From contig JBAOHL010000007.1 in assembly GCA_037045045.1 (NCBI GenBank), positions 241,950 through 305,949 on the forward strand: DNA of 64,000 nt. The letters are read 5' to 3'. Made by a program: the position numbers and the translations under genes. Below, piece by piece: positions 20,984 through 31,788 of this stretch; within the stretch, counting starts at the first letter, position 1; every line of letters starts with the position of its first letter. The notes below the pieces were generated by a model, which searched no databases, was not told the origin of the DNA, and saw only the letters and a list, made by a program, of their open reading frames with translations. The stretch comes from Dermatophilaceae bacterium. Its GTDB lineage: Bacteria > Actinomycetota > Actinomycetes > Actinomycetales > Dermatophilaceae.

Positions 20984-21835
20984 GTGAACGCCTCGGCGAC
21001 CGTGCGGCTGCGCCTGGACCTCGGTTATGACGGCTACGACTTCTCCGGGTGGGCCGCCCAGCCGGGTCGGCGCACCGTCGAGGCGGTGCTCTCGGACGCG
21101 CTGACGACGATGCTGCGCGCGCCCGAACCGGTGCGTCTGGTCGTCGCCGGCCGGACCGACGCCGGCGTCCACGCCCGAGGCCAGGTCGCCCACGCCGATG
21201 TCGACGCCGCGGCCTTTGGGGCCCTCCCGGGGCGCTCGATGCGCAGCCCCGAGGCGGCCGCGGTGGCGAGGCTGCGGGGCCTGCTTCCCCCCGATGTCGT
21301 CGTCCGCACGGTATGCCGCGCCCCGGAGGGTTTCGACGCGCGGTTCTCCGCCCTGTCGCGGCGCTACGCCTATCGGATCGCCGACGCCGACTCCGACCGC
21401 GACCCGCTGCGCCGCCGCGACACTGTCTGGGTCGACGGGCGGCTCGACGCGGCGGCGATGAGCGAGGCGGCGCAGGCCTTGGTGGGGCTGCGGGACTTCG
21501 CCGCGTTCTGCCGGCGGCGAGACGGGGCCAGCACGGTGCGCACCCTGCTTGATTTTCGGTGGCGCCGACGCCACGACGGGGTGCTCGTGGCCCGGGTGGT
21601 CGCCGACGCGTTCTGCCATTCGATGGTTCGCGCCCTGGTCGGTGTCGTGGTCCCGGTCGGTTCCGGGCGCGAGGCGGTCCAATGGCCGGCGCAGGTGCTC
21701 GTGGCGGGCGAGCGCTCGAGTCGGGTCAAGGTCATGCCGGCCCGCGGGCTGTGCCTTCGTGAGGTGCGCTACCCCGGGGACGACGCTCTGGCGGAACGGG
21801 CGGCGCTGGCGCGGGCCCGGCGCGACGAGCCGTGA
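20984..21835 (+). CDS. truA: tRNA pseudouridine(38-40) synthase TruA
   Basis: TruA N-terminus VRLRLDLGYDGYDFSGWAAQPG and catalytic context AGRTDAGVHA. The start is taken as GTG 20984; in-frame ATGs at 20939 and 20954 are alternatives. Confidence 0.88.
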   Translation: MNASATVRLRLDLGYDGYDFSGWAAQPGRRTVEAVLSDALTTMLRAPEPVRLVVAGRTDAGVHARGQVAHADVDAAAFGALPGRSMRSPEAAAVARLRGLLPPDVVVRTVCRAPEGFDARFSALSRRYAYRIADADSDRDPLRRRDTVWVDGRLDAAAMSEAAQALVGLRDFAAFCRRRDGASTVRTLLDFRWRRRHDGVLVARVVADAFCHSMVRALVGVVVPVGSGREAVQWPAQVLVAGERSSRVKVMPARGLCLREVRYPGDDALAERAALARARRDEP

Positions 21836-21839
21836 GCGC

Positions 21840-22754
21840 TCAGGACCACGAGGCCCGGCGCAGGGCGAACCGGACCCGCTCGCCGGGGCGCACCTGGGCG
21901 AGGCGGTCGGTGTCGGCGTCGTCGAGCACCGCGATGACGGGGTAGCCCCCGGTGCTCGGGTGGTCGGCGAGGAAGACCAGGGGCTGCCCGGAGGGCGGCA
22001 CCTGTACCGATCCGCGGAGCACACCCTCGCTGGGCAGTTCCTCGGCGCGCGCCCGGGGCAGCCGCGGCCCGTGCAGACGGGTGCCCACCCGGTCGGTATC
22101 GCTGGTCACCGTCCAGATCGCCTCGCGCAGCAGCCGTACCGCCGCTGGGGCGAACCAGTCGTCCCGGGGCCCGAGGACGGCATGCAGGACGACCTGCCCG
22201 GCGGGTGCCGCGGTGGCCCGCTGGCTGGCGTGGCTGGAGGTCGCCGCGTGGCCCGGTCGGTCCGCGGCTTCCGGCTCGGACGGCGCGACGTCCAACCGCT
22301 GGCCCACCCACAGCGGCGCCGGCCCGAGCCCGCCGGTGCGGTCGCTGCTCGCCGATCCGTAGACCCGCTCGACGGCCAGGCCACCGCGGACCGCGAGGTA
22401 GGACCACAGGCCGCGCGAGGGCGGCCCGAGTCGCAGGCGCTGTCCCACAGCCAGCGCTACCGGAGTATCCATCGGGACCTCGGCTTCGCCGGGGCGGGCC
22501 GCGCCCGGACCGGTGAGGGGGACGACGGCGCCGGTCACCGCGACGACGCTGGGCCGCAGCGCCCGGACCACCAGCCCCCCGAGGAGCACCTCGACGGCCG
22601 CGCAGTCGGCCGGGTTGCCGACGAGGTGGTTGGCCCGGCGCAGGGCGGGGCGGTCCATCGCGCCGGACTCGCTGACCCCGACGTCGGCGTGGCCGGCCCG
22701 GCCGAGGTCCTGGATGGTGGCGAGGGGGCCGAGCCCCTCGACGAGCAGGGTCAT
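21840..22754 (-). CDS. pxpC: 5-oxoprolinase subunit C (biotin-independent carboxyltransferase family, KipA/allophanate hydrolase subunit 2-like)
   Basis: Start at ATG (complement) 22754, giving MTLLVEGLGPLATIQDLGRAGHADVGVSESGAMD, typical of PxpC. It overlaps the pxpB stop by 4 nt. Confidence 0.85.
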   Translation of the reverse strand: MTLLVEGLGPLATIQDLGRAGHADVGVSESGAMDRPALRRANHLVGNPADCAAVEVLLGGLVVRALRPSVVAVTGAVVPLTGPGAARPGEAEVPMDTPVALAVGQRLRLGPPSRGLWSYLAVRGGLAVERVYGSASSDRTGGLGPAPLWVGQRLDVAPSEPEAADRPGHAATSSHASQRATAAPAGQVVLHAVLGPRDDWFAPAAVRLLREAIWTVTSDTDRVGTRLHGPRLPRARAEELPSEGVLRGSVQVPPSGQPLVFLADHPSTGGYPVIAVLDDADTDRLAQVRPGERVRFALRRASWS

Positions 22755-23380
22755 CGCCGGATCTCGACGAATCGGACCCGGGCGCCGGGGGACAGCAGGG
22801 CCGGGGGGTCGCGGTGGGGGTCCCACACCGCCGCTCGGGTGGTGCCGATGAGTTGCCACCCGCCGGGGGACTCACGCGGGTAGACCCCGGAGTACGGGCC
22901 GGCCAGGCCGACCGACCCGGCCGGCACTCGGGTGCGCGGGCTGGCGCGGCGGGGGACGTCCAGGTCGGCGCCATCCCCGACGAGGTAGCCGAACCCGGGC
23001 AGGAATCCGGCGAAGTCGCACGTCCACTCCTGGCCGGTATGCCGGTCGACGACCGCTCGCTCGCTCACCCCGAGGTGCTCGGCGACGACGGCGAGATCGG
23101 GGCCGTCGTAGGCCACCTCGATGGTGACCGGGGGGCCCGGCGGGTCAGCCCCGGCCGCCCGCGGGGCGTCGCCGGCGAGCTCGCGCAGGTCGGCGGCCAA
23201 CCGGGGCAGGTCGCCCGGGTCGTGGACCCGCGCGAGCACGGTCCGAGCGGCCGGGACGTGTTCGAGCAGGTAGGGCAAGCGGGCCGCGCGCAGCCCGGCG
23301 ACGAACCGCCGTCGCTGGGGCCCGTCGGCGAGTTCGACGAGAATGGCCCGCTCGCCGCAGGGCAACAGGCGCAGGCTCAC
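22751..23380 (-). CDS. pxpB: 5-oxoprolinase subunit B (KipI/allophanate hydrolase subunit 1-like)
   Basis: GTG start at 23380 (VSLRLLPCGERAILVEL). It contains FLPGFGYL and the SPGGWQLIG motif of PxpB; 209 aa within the long track ORF 22751-24100. Confidence 0.85.
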   Translation of the reverse strand: MSLRLLPCGERAILVELADGPQRRRFVAGLRAARLPYLLEHVPAARTVLARVHDPGDLPRLAADLRELAGDAPRAAGADPPGPPVTIEVAYDGPDLAVVAEHLGVSERAVVDRHTGQEWTCDFAGFLPGFGYLVGDGADLDVPRRASPRTRVPAGSVGLAGPYSGVYPRESPGGWQLIGTTRAAVWDPHRDPPALLSPGARVRFVEIRR

Positions 23381-24153
23381 GGCCGGTATGCCGCCGGCGC
23401 GGCGATGCGCACCCCGGCAGCGGTCAGCCCCGCCCGCACCGCCGTCGCGAGGGAGACGGCGCCCGGGGTGTCCCCGTGAACGCAGATCGACCCCGCCGAC
23501 ACGGCGACATCGCCGCCGTCGACCGACGCGACGACGCCGTCGGTGACCAGCCGAACGACCCGGGCGACGACGGCGTCGGGGTCGGTGACGAGAGCGCCCG
23601 GGCGGTCGCGGGGCACCAGCGTGCCCTCGGGCGTGTAGCCGCGGTCGGCGAACGCCTCGGCGACCGTGGGCAGGCCCGCCGCCTCGGCCAACCCGAGCAG
23701 GGCCGACCCGGACAGCCCGAGCACGGCCACCTCGGGCCCGACGGAGCCGATCGCGCGGACCAGCGCCGCGGCCTGACCCTCGTGGGTCACCACCGCGGTG
23801 TAGAGCGCGCCGTGCGGCTTGACATACGCGACCCGGCCGCCGACCGACCTCGCGATCCCGTCGAGCGCCCCGATCTGGTAGCGCACCTCGGCGTCGAGGT
23901 CCTCGGCCGCCACGTCGAGGAAGCGACGCCCGAAACCGGCGAGGTCGCGATAGGACACGTGGGCGCCGATGGCGACACCCGCCTCGACAGCCAAGCGGCA
24001 GGTCCGCACGATGGTGGCGGGGTCGCCGGCGTGGAATCCACACGCAATGTTGGCCGAGGTGACGACTCGCAACAGGCCGGCGTCGTCGCCGAGGCGCCAC
24101 CGCCCGAAGGACTCGCCGACGTCGGCGTTGAGGTCGATGCTGCGCTCGGTCAC
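23377..24153 (-). CDS. pxpA: 5-oxoprolinase subunit A (LamB/YcsF family)
   Basis: IDLNADVGESFG and NIACGFHAGDP motifs are present. The start is taken as GTG 24153; ATG 24243 is the alternative. Confidence 0.85.
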   Translation of the reverse strand: MTERSIDLNADVGESFGRWRLGDDAGLLRVVTSANIACGFHAGDPATIVRTCRLAVEAGVAIGAHVSYRDLAGFGRRFLDVAAEDLDAEVRYQIGALDGIARSVGGRVAYVKPHGALYTAVVTHEGQAAALVRAIGSVGPEVAVLGLSGSALLGLAEAAGLPTVAEAFADRGYTPEGTLVPRDRPGALVTDPDAVVARVVRLVTDGVVASVDGGDVAVSAGSICVHGDTPGAVSLATAVRAGLTAAGVRIAAPAAYRP

Positions 24154-24241
24154 GTCCCTAGCCTGCCCGACCGGCGCGGACGCCGGAACGACGAGCCGGC
24201 GAGGACGCACCGGCGACGCGGCATACGGGAGACTGCACCGC

Positions 24242-26935
24242 ATGGGTCAGGTCCCGCTCGGGTACGGCATGGCGGTCTGGGTGAGCGACGGGCTGCTCGC
24301 GTGGCCGCCGTGGGCGGCGCCCCAGGGCGTGCCGGCCGGTGACGTGCATTGGCAGTTGCGGTGGGCGCCCGGGGGCGGCATCGACCCCGACGCGCCGGCG
24401 CCGGTGGACGCCGCGGCCGATCTCGCCGTCGACCCGGCCGGCTTGCCGTCGGAGGTCACCGCGGCGCACCCGCAGTTGCTCGGCTTCCTCGCGCTGCGCC
24501 TCGGCGAACCCGGCGTCGGCAGGGTCGGGCAGCTCCTTCGCGGCCAGGTCGCCGTCACGGCCACCGGCCCCGACGGGCGTTCGCTGGCCGCCTCGCACGT
24601 CCAGCTCGCGGCTGTGCTCGACGCCCGGTATGCCGCGTCCGCGGCGGCCGGTGGCTACGGGGCGACCGCGGCCGGCGGCCTCGTCACCTTCCGGCTCTGG
24701 GCGCCCACCGCCGCCACCGTCGCCCTGCTCCTTTGGCCACCCGGCACGGCCGACCTGCCCGCGGAGCGGGCCGTCCGGGTGCCGATGAACCGGGCCGAGG
24801 ACGGCTCCTGGTCGGTGACCACCGACGCGGCCGCATCCGGCGCCCGCTACCTCTACGAGGTCCAGGTCTACGCGCCGACGACTGGGCAGGTCGAGACGAA
24901 TCTCGTGACCGACCCCTTCTCGGTGGCGCTGACCCGAGACTCGACCCGCTCGGTCGTGCTCGACCTCGCCGACCCGGCATACCGGCCCGCGCTCTGGCTC
25001 GACACCCCGAGCCCGCCGCTTCCCCGCGGCGTCGACTCGACGATCTACGAGCTGCACGTGCGCGACTTCTCCATCTCCGACGAGACGGTGCCCGAGGCGC
25101 ACCGCGGTCGCTACCTCGCCTTCGCCGACGACACCGCCGGCACCCGACACCTGCGCGCCCTCGCCGAGGCCGGCCTCACCACGGTGCACCTGCTGCCGAC
25201 CTTCGACATCACGACGATCCCGGAGGACCCGGCCCAGCGCCTCGATCCCGGCGCCGACCTCGCGACCTATCCGCGGGACAGCGCCGAACAGCAACGGATC
25301 GTCGACGGGGTGCGCCGCCAGGACGGCTTCAACTGGGGCTACGACCCATGGCACTGGAGCGCACCCGAGGGCTCGTATGCCGTCGACGCCGACGGCGGTG
25401 CCCGGGTCGCCGAGTTCCGCACGATGGTCGGTGCCCTGCACGGGTTGGGGCTGCGGGTCGTCCTCGACCAGGTCTTCAACCACACCACCGCGTCCGGGCA
25501 GGACCCGCGCTCGGTCCTCGACCGGGTGGTCCCCGGCTACTACCACCGCCTCGACCCCACCGGCGCGGTGTACACGACGACGTGCTGCCAGAACGTCGCC
25601 ACCGAGCACGCCATGGCCGGGCTCGTCATGGTCGCCTCGGTCGTCTCCTGGGCTCGGAACTACCGGGTCGACGGCTTCCGGTTCGACATCATGGCCCACC
25701 ACAGCCGGGCCAACCTGCTCGCCGTGCGCGCCGCACTCGACGAGCTCACCCTCGAGCGCGACGGCGTCGACGGGCGGTCGATCTGTCTGTACGGCGAGGG
25801 CTGGAGCTTCGGCGAGGTCGCCGGCAACGCCCGGTTCGTCCAGGCGGCGCAGGGCCAACTCGGCGGCACGGGGATCGGCTCGTTCTCCGACCGCCTGCGC
25901 GACGCGGTCCGCGGCGGCGGACCGTTCGACGCCGACCCGCGGCGCCAGGGGTTCGGTTCGGGCTTGGCTGGAGATCCCAACGGCGCGCCGGTCAACGGCT
26001 CACCGACCGACCAGGCCGCGGCCCTGGCCTGGGCCACCGACCTCGTCCAGGTCGGCCTCGCCGGGAATCTGCGCGGTTTCGTCCTGCGCAGCCAGGCCAC
26101 CGGAGCGCTCGTTCGCGGCGACGCCGTGGACTACTACGGGTCGCCCGCGGCATACGCCGACGAACCCGACGAGGTCGTCACCTACGTCGACGCCCACGAC
26201 GGCGAGACGCTCTTCGACGCCCTCACCGCCAAGCTGCCGGTCGGCACGTCGATGGCCGACCGGGTGCGGATGAACACCCTGGCGCTGGCCGTCGTCACCC
26301 TCGCGCAGACCCCGGTGTTCTGGCACGCGGGGGCAGAGCTGTTGCGCAGCAAGAGTTTCGACCGCAACTCCTACGACAGCGGCGACTGGTTCAACCGGCT
26401 GGACTGGACCGGAGCGGACAACGGGTTCGGACACGGGCTGCCCCTGGCGAAGGACAACGCAGGCCGCTGGGACGTGCTGAGCCCGTTGTTGGCCGATCCC
26501 AGGCTCAAACCCTCGGCCGCCGACGTGCACACCGCCGCGGCCGCGGCCCGCGACCTGCTGCGACTGCGCTTCTCCACGCCACTGTTCCGGCTCGGCTCGG
26601 CGCACCTCGTCGGGTCGAAGGTGTCCTTCCCGATGTCCGGGACCGAGCTGGCCCACCCCGGTGTCGTCGTCATGGTCATCGACGACACGGCGGGGCCCGA
26701 CGTCGACCCCGAGTTGGACACCCTGCTCGTCGTCGTCAACGCGACGCCCTCCGTGGTCTCCCAGCGGGTGCCGGGGCTCGTCGGTGCGGACCTGCGGCTC
26801 TCGCCCGTGCAGGCGGGCGGCAGCGACGAGGTCGTGCGCTCGGTGTCGTGGCGTCGCGCCGACGGACTCCTCGACGTGCCTGCTCGCACGGTCGCCGTGC
26901 TCGTGCAGCACTCGACCCCGCCGGCACACGCCTGA
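24242..26935 (+). CDS. pulA: pullulanase-type alpha-1,6-glucosidase (GH13 debranching enzyme)
   Basis: ATG 24242 within ORF 23969-26935. It carries the FNWGYDPWHW signature (a YNWGYDP variant) and GH13 regions DQVFNHT, GFRFDIMAHH, YGEGWSF and YVDAHDGETLFD. No obvious signal peptide. Confidence 0.88.
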   Translation: MGQVPLGYGMAVWVSDGLLAWPPWAAPQGVPAGDVHWQLRWAPGGGIDPDAPAPVDAAADLAVDPAGLPSEVTAAHPQLLGFLALRLGEPGVGRVGQLLRGQVAVTATGPDGRSLAASHVQLAAVLDARYAASAAAGGYGATAAGGLVTFRLWAPTAATVALLLWPPGTADLPAERAVRVPMNRAEDGSWSVTTDAAASGARYLYEVQVYAPTTGQVETNLVTDPFSVALTRDSTRSVVLDLADPAYRPALWLDTPSPPLPRGVDSTIYELHVRDFSISDETVPEAHRGRYLAFADDTAGTRHLRALAEAGLTTVHLLPTFDITTIPEDPAQRLDPGADLATYPRDSAEQQRIVDGVRRQDGFNWGYDPWHWSAPEGSYAVDADGGARVAEFRTMVGALHGLGLRVVLDQVFNHTTASGQDPRSVLDRVVPGYYHRLDPTGAVYTTTCCQNVATEHAMAGLVMVASVVSWARNYRVDGFRFDIMAHHSRANLLAVRAALDELTLERDGVDGRSICLYGEGWSFGEVAGNARFVQAAQGQLGGTGIGSFSDRLRDAVRGGGPFDADPRRQGFGSGLAGDPNGAPVNGSPTDQAAALAWATDLVQVGLAGNLRGFVLRSQATGALVRGDAVDYYGSPAAYADEPDEVVTYVDAHDGETLFDALTAKLPVGTSMADRVRMNTLALAVVTLAQTPVFWHAGAELLRSKSFDRNSYDSGDWFNRLDWTGADNGFGHGLPLAKDNAGRWDVLSPLLADPRLKPSAADVHTAAAAARDLLRLRFSTPLFRLGSAHLVGSKVSFPMSGTELAHPGVVVMVIDDTAGPDVDPELDTLLVVVNATPSVVSQRVPGLVGADLRLSPVQAGGSDEVVRSVSWRRADGLLDVPARTVAVLVQHSTPPAHA

Positions 26936-27048
26936 TCGGCGGCACGACAAGGCGCGGATGAGGGAACCGAAAGTGCCCTGCGCGCGTCTAGGCTGAGGAC
27001 CCAGAACGGCCCGGCGTGGGCCGAGAATGACAGGGGAGGAACCCGCCC

Positions 27049-27702
27049 ATGACACACACCCGCACGATGTTGCTCGCCGCGACCGCGCTCGCGACGGCGA
27101 CCCTGGCGGCCGGGTGCGGCAAGACCGCCGACCAGCCCGCGAGTGCCCCGGCGACCGCGAGCGCGCCGACCCCGACGACGCCTCCGGCGGCCTCCCCGAC
27201 GACGCCGGCCGGGAGCACGGGTGGCGCGAGTGTCTCGGTCGGTGACATCACCCCGCCCGGGACGGTCCTGAGCGTCGGCGACACGGCGCGCATCGTCTGG
27301 GAGGAGAGCACGAACAACAAGATCACCGTCGGGGTGAAGGCGGTATCGATCGTCAAGGGCTCCCAGGCCGACCTCTCCGGCTTCAAGATCGACGACGCGG
27401 CGATGAAGCAAGCCACCCCGTGGTACGTGACGATGCAGTACACCAACCTCAGTGGCCCCGCGGTGAAGTACCCGTACCTCAACCTCAAACTCAAGGCCCA
27501 GGACGCCACCGGCGCGTCGGTGAACACGGTGAGCCTGATCGGCAAGTTCACCCCGTGTCAGGACGGCGACAAGGCCGCGTCGTGGGACGTGGGCACGGTC
27601 CAGGTCGAGTGCAAGGTGTTCATGGCCCCGCCCGGCTCCGACGTCGTCGCCGCCGCGTGGGTGGGCGACTTCAAGTCCAAGGCGGTGCTCTGGAAGTCCT
27701 GA
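27049..27702 (+). CDS. putative lipoprotein of unknown function
   Basis: 217 aa. Signal peptide plus lipobox MTHTRTMLLAATALATATLAAGC, followed by a Pro/Thr/Ala-rich linker. Confidence 0.7.
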   Translation: MTHTRTMLLAATALATATLAAGCGKTADQPASAPATASAPTPTTPPAASPTTPAGSTGGASVSVGDITPPGTVLSVGDTARIVWEESTNNKITVGVKAVSIVKGSQADLSGFKIDDAAMKQATPWYVTMQYTNLSGPAVKYPYLNLKLKAQDATGASVNTVSLIGKFTPCQDGDKAASWDVGTVQVECKVFMAPPGSDVVAAAWVGDFKSKAVLWKS

Positions 27703-27729
27703 TCCCGTCGGCCTACGGCCCGGCCCCGG

Positions 27730-28302
27730 TCACGGGGTCGGGCCGTTCGGCTGCGGGGGGCGGTCGAGATCGAGCGGGTAGCAGAACAGGTATGCCGCGA
27801 CCCGCCGGGCGCGGGGATTGCCCTGCCCCAGTCGTCGGTACCGGGCCAACAGGTCGGTGAGTTCGCGGCGCAGCTCGAGCAGCTGGTCTGCGGTGACGAG
27901 CACCCCCGCATCGTCGGCCCCGGCACCACCCTGCCAGTCCGGTGGCCAGTCGGCGGCGACGTCGAGCCAGCGCTCGTACTGCCGGCCGAAGTGGCGCACG
28001 TGGTCGCGAGCCAGCCAGCCGAGCACGGCCTGCATGTCGGGGCCGGAATCGGCCGCGCCGATCGGCCACGCGGATCCGGAGTCCACCGGGGCCCAGACGC
28101 GTCGCCGGCCCGTCCCGGAGCCGGTGTCGCTGACCAGGCCCGCGTCGTGCAGCCGGCGCACGTGATAGCTCGTCGCTCCGGTGTTCGTGCCGAGCGCGGC
28201 AGCGAGATCCGTCGCGGTCGCCGTGCCGCGCCGGCGCAGCTCCCCGAGGATGCGTCCGCGCATCGGGTGGGCGAGTGCGGTCAGCGGCTCGGCAGTGGGC
28301 AT
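27730..28302 (-). CDS. ArsR-family winged-helix transcriptional regulator with a C-terminal extension
   Basis: [49 protein letters not shown] is an ArsR/SmtB-type HTH. The start is ATG 28302, with 28323 as the alternative. Confidence 0.75.
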   Translation of the reverse strand: MPTAEPLTALAHPMRGRILGELRRRGTATATDLAAALGTNTGATSYHVRRLHDAGLVSDTGSGTGRRRVWAPVDSGSAWPIGAADSGPDMQAVLGWLARDHVRHFGRQYERWLDVAADWPPDWQGGAGADDAGVLVTADQLLELRRELTDLLARYRRLGQGNPRARRVAAYLFCYPLDLDRPPQPNGPTP

Positions 28303-28528
28303 GGATGCAGAATACCTGTGCATAATCTGTATGCCACGGACGCAGGGGCGTCGTCGCTCCGGGCGTTGGTGCAGGTCAGCGGGCAGTTTGCGGCGCCTGG
28401 GGTGGATTTTGGGGGGCGCCGGCGGGCCCGTACACTGGTGAACTGTTGTGCCCGGCGCCCGCGTGGTCGCGTACCCGTGTCGGCCGCCGCACGGCATACC
28501 CGCCAGCGGTTCGAGAGACGGAAGACAC

Positions 28529-28972
28529 ATGCGCACGTACACTCCCAAGCCCGGCGAGGTCACTCGCTCGTGGCACGTCATCGACGCCACCGACGTCGTG
28601 CTCGGGCGCCTGGCCAGCCAGACCGCGGTCTTGCTTCGGGGCAAGCACAAGCCGACCTTCGCGCCGCACGTGGACACCGGGGACTTCGTCGTCGTCGTCA
28701 ACGCCGCGAAGGTCGCCCTCACGGGGGCCAAGGCGCAGCAGAAGCGGGCCTATCGCCACTCCGGCTACCCGGGCGGTCTGCGCTCGGTGACGTACGCCGA
28801 CCTGCTGGCCAAGGACCCTGCCAAGGCCGTCGAAAAGGCCGTCCGGGGCATGCTCCCCAAGAACTCCCTGGCCCGCCAGCAGCTGTCCAAGCTCAAGGTG
28901 TATGCCGGCGACACCCACCCGCACGCGGCGCAGAAGCCCGTTCCCTTCGAGATCACCCAGGTGGCCCAGTGA
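28529..28972 (+). CDS. rplM: 50S ribosomal protein L13
   Basis: ATG 28529 ([30 protein letters not shown]) within ORF 28448-28972; 147 aa. Confidence 0.96.
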   Translation: MRTYTPKPGEVTRSWHVIDATDVVLGRLASQTAVLLRGKHKPTFAPHVDTGDFVVVVNAAKVALTGAKAQQKRAYRHSGYPGGLRSVTYADLLAKDPAKAVEKAVRGMLPKNSLARQQLSKLKVYAGDTHPHAAQKPVPFEITQVAQ

Positions 28973-29469
28973 CCATCCTCAGCGACGACGTCCTCGACAC
29001 CGACGAGCCGGCCGTCTCCGACTACACGAGCGAGTCCACGGCGCCGGTGGGTCAGGCCGAGGTCCGCAAGCCCAGCGCTTCGGCGCCCGGTGCGGCGACC
29101 GGTCGGCGCAAGCAGGCCATTGCCCGCGTTCGAATCGTCCCCGGCAGCGGCGAGTGGTCGATCAACGGCCGCAGCCTCGACTCGTACTTCCCCAACAAGG
29201 TCCACCAGCAGATCGTCAGCGAGCCGCTCAAGGTCCTCGACCTCGATGCTGCCTACGACGTGCTCGTGCGAGTGCACGGTGGCGGTCCCTCGGGTCAGGC
29301 CGGCGCGGTGCGCCTCGGTGTCGCCCGGGCTCTCAACGCCGTCGACGAGGACCTCAACCGCCCGGCCCTGAAGAAGGCCGGCTTCCTCACCCGGGACCCG
29401 CGCGTCCCCGAGCGCAAGAAGGCCGGCCTGAAGAAGGCCCGCAAGGCCCCGCAGTACAGCAAGCGGTAG
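28969..29469 (+). CDS. rpsI: 30S ribosomal protein S9 with an N-terminal extension
   Basis: GTG 28969 overlaps the rplM stop (GTGA). S9 core [18 protein letters not shown]-terminus [12 protein letters not shown]. Confidence 0.93.
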   Translation: MTILSDDVLDTDEPAVSDYTSESTAPVGQAEVRKPSASAPGAATGRRKQAIARVRIVPGSGEWSINGRSLDSYFPNKVHQQIVSEPLKVLDLDAAYDVLVRVHGGGPSGQAGAVRLGVARALNAVDEDLNRPALKKAGFLTRDPRVPERKKAGLKKARKAPQYSKR

Positions 29470-29549
29470 TCGCTCGCTGCCGCGCGGCGATGCGCCGCGC
29501 GGGCCGTGCCGTCCGTGCGACACGGCATACCTCGGGGAAGGAGGACCAC

Positions 29550-30896
29550 GTGGGACGCCTGTTCGGCACCGACGGGGTTCGGGGCAAGGCCAACAGCGAC
29601 ATCACCGCCGAGCTCGCGCTGGACCTGTCGGTCGCCGCGGCCCACGTGCTCGGCGAGCGTGGCACCTTCGCCGGGCACCGGCCGTTCGCGGTCGTCGGCA
29701 CCGACGGTCGAGCCTCCGGGGAGTTCCTCTCGGCCGCCGTCATCGCCGGGCTCGCCTCGGCCGGAGTGGACGTGCTCGACGCCGGGATGCTGCCGACGCC
29801 GGCCATCGCGTTCCTCACCGCCGACCTCGGCGCGGACCTCGGGGTGATGCTCTCGGCGTCGCACAACCCGATGCCCGACAACGGGATCAAGTTTCTCGCC
29901 CGGGGCGGGCACAAACTCGACGACGACATCGAGGACGCCATCGAGGCCCGGATGGACGAGCCGTGGGAGCGGCCCACCGGTGCTGCGGTCGGCCGGGTGC
30001 GCTCGCTTCAGGACGGCCCACGGCGTTACCTCGACCACCTGCTCAGCCTCGTGCCCCACCGGCTAGCCGGGCTGCACGTCGTCGTCGACGCGGCCCACGG
30101 GGCGGCCTCGGTCGTCTCGCCCCAAGCCTTCCGCGACGCGGGTGCACTTGTCACGGTCATCGGCGCCGAGCCCACCGGGCTGAACATCAACGACGGCTTC
30201 GGCTCCACCCATCTGGACCAGTTGCGCCGCGCCGTCCTCGAGCACGGTGCCGATCTCGGGATCGCCCATGACGGCGACGCCGACCGATGCCTCGCGGTCG
30301 ATGCCGCGGGCGAGTTCGTCGACGGCGACCAGATCATGTGCATCCTCGCCCTGGCCCTGCGGGACCGCGGCGAGCTGGCGAAGGACACCATCGTCGCCAC
30401 CGTGATGAGCAACCTCGGGATGTTCCAGGCGATGACCCGCGAAGGGGTCGTCGTGCGTCAGGCGGCGGTCGGGGACCGCTACGTGCTGGAGGACATGAAG
30501 GCCGGTGGCTACACCTTCGGGGGCGAGCAGTCCGGACACGTGATCTTCCTCGAGCACAACACCACCGGCGACGGAGTGTTGACCGGTCTGATGCTCGCCT
30601 CCCGGGTGGCCGAGACGGGACGGTCGCTGGCCGACCTCGCCTCGGTGATGCGCCGGCTGCCCCAGGTGCTCGTTAACGTCAAGGGAGTCGACAAAGACGC
30701 CGTGGACGGCTGCGTCCCCGTCCAGGAGGCGGTGGCCGCGGCCGGCGCCGAGCTCGACGGCACCGGAAGGGTGCTGTTGCGCAAGTCGGGGACCGAACCG
30801 CTGGTGCGGGTCATGGTCGAGGCGGCCGACCAGGACCAGGCCCAGGACGTCGCCGACCAGCTGGCCCGGATCGTCCGCGCCGAGCTGTCGCTGTGA
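29550..30896 (+). CDS. glmM: phosphoglucosamine mutase
   Basis: GTG 29550 after GGAAGGAGGA. It starts [15 protein letters not shown] and contains the active-site context [14 protein letters not shown]; 448 aa. Confidence 0.95.
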   Translation: MGRLFGTDGVRGKANSDITAELALDLSVAAAHVLGERGTFAGHRPFAVVGTDGRASGEFLSAAVIAGLASAGVDVLDAGMLPTPAIAFLTADLGADLGVMLSASHNPMPDNGIKFLARGGHKLDDDIEDAIEARMDEPWERPTGAAVGRVRSLQDGPRRYLDHLLSLVPHRLAGLHVVVDAAHGAASVVSPQAFRDAGALVTVIGAEPTGLNINDGFGSTHLDQLRRAVLEHGADLGIAHDGDADRCLAVDAAGEFVDGDQIMCILALALRDRGELAKDTIVATVMSNLGMFQAMTREGVVVRQAAVGDRYVLEDMKAGGYTFGGEQSGHVIFLEHNTTGDGVLTGLMLASRVAETGRSLADLASVMRRLPQVLVNVKGVDKDAVDGCVPVQEAVAAAGAELDGTGRVLLRKSGTEPLVRVMVEAADQDQAQDVADQLARIVRAELSL

Positions 30897-30958
30897 CCGC
30901 GATACCGGCTCTGAGGGCGGCTCACGAGCATGGGCCAGCCCGCTCGTAGGGTGATGCC

Positions 30959-31786
30959 GTGAGCGAGTTCGACGACGCAGTGGCCGTGCGAGTGGTGTCG
31001 ACGACGGGTGATCGGTCCCGCTTGGCCGCCGACCTCGACGGCGGGTGGCGCGTCGGCGGCGGCCTCAACGGCGGGTATCTGCTGGCCGTGTTGGGTCATG
31101 CGGTCCGTGCGGTGAGCCCACGGCATCCCGATCCGTTCGCCGTCAGCGCCCACTACCTGTCCGCCTCGACCGCCGGCGCCGCGCACATCGACACCCACGT
31201 CGTGCGCGCCGGCGGAACCCAGACCACGGTGCACGTGACGATGTCCCAGCCGGGGGCGGGAGGCCCGGCCGAACGGATCACCGCCCTGGCGACCTACGGC
31301 GACCTGGCAGCCCTGTCCGACGACGTGCGCACCGCGGCGACGAGTCCGCCGATCCCACCGCCGGACCAGTGCATCCCCACGTCGGCCGCTCCGCCGCAGG
31401 AGCGGCAAATCGCCCCGATCCTCGACCGGTTCGACATGCGGATCGACCCGGCGTGCGTGGGATGGCTCACCGGCGCCCCGAGCGGCGAGGGGATGATCCA
31501 GGGCTGGTTCCGCCTCCACGAGCGCGACCTCGACGTGCTGGCCCTGCTCTTCGTCGTCGACGCGCTGCCGCCGGTGACCTTCGACCTCGGCCTGCCCGGC
31601 TGGGCACCGACGGTGCAGCTCAGCGTGCACGTGCGGGCCCGGCCGGCGCCGGGGTGGGCGATCCTGCGGCACGCGACGCGCAACCTCGCCGGCGGTCTGT
31701 TCGAAGAGGATTGCGAGGTCTGGGATTCCTCCGGGCGCCTTGTCGCCCAGTCTCGCCAACTCGCCCGAGCGCCGCGAGACGGCTAG
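30959..31786 (+). CDS. acyl-CoA thioesterase-like (hotdog, TesB/4HBT_3-type) protein
   Basis: 275 aa. GGLNGGYLLAVLGHAV and the overall architecture are typical of the thioesterase-like superfamily. It is a paralogue of 41762-42712. Confidence 0.65.
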   Translation: MSEFDDAVAVRVVSTTGDRSRLAADLDGGWRVGGGLNGGYLLAVLGHAVRAVSPRHPDPFAVSAHYLSASTAGAAHIDTHVVRAGGTQTTVHVTMSQPGAGGPAERITALATYGDLAALSDDVRTAATSPPIPPPDQCIPTSAAPPQERQIAPILDRFDMRIDPACVGWLTGAPSGEGMIQGWFRLHERDLDVLALLFVVDALPPVTFDLGLPGWAPTVQLSVHVRARPAPGWAILRHATRNLAGGLFEEDCEVWDSSGRLVAQSRQLARAPRDG

Positions 31787-31788
31787 GT

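Noticed and set aside
28303-28528. AT-richer patch (gcagaatacctgtgcataatctgtatgcca, about 28307-28336) as an ArsR operator or rplM promoter.
   Set aside because: No convincing inverted repeat emerged when I checked symmetry by hand. CATAAT could be a -10, but it could equally be the first codons of the ArsR gene if that gene starts at 28323.
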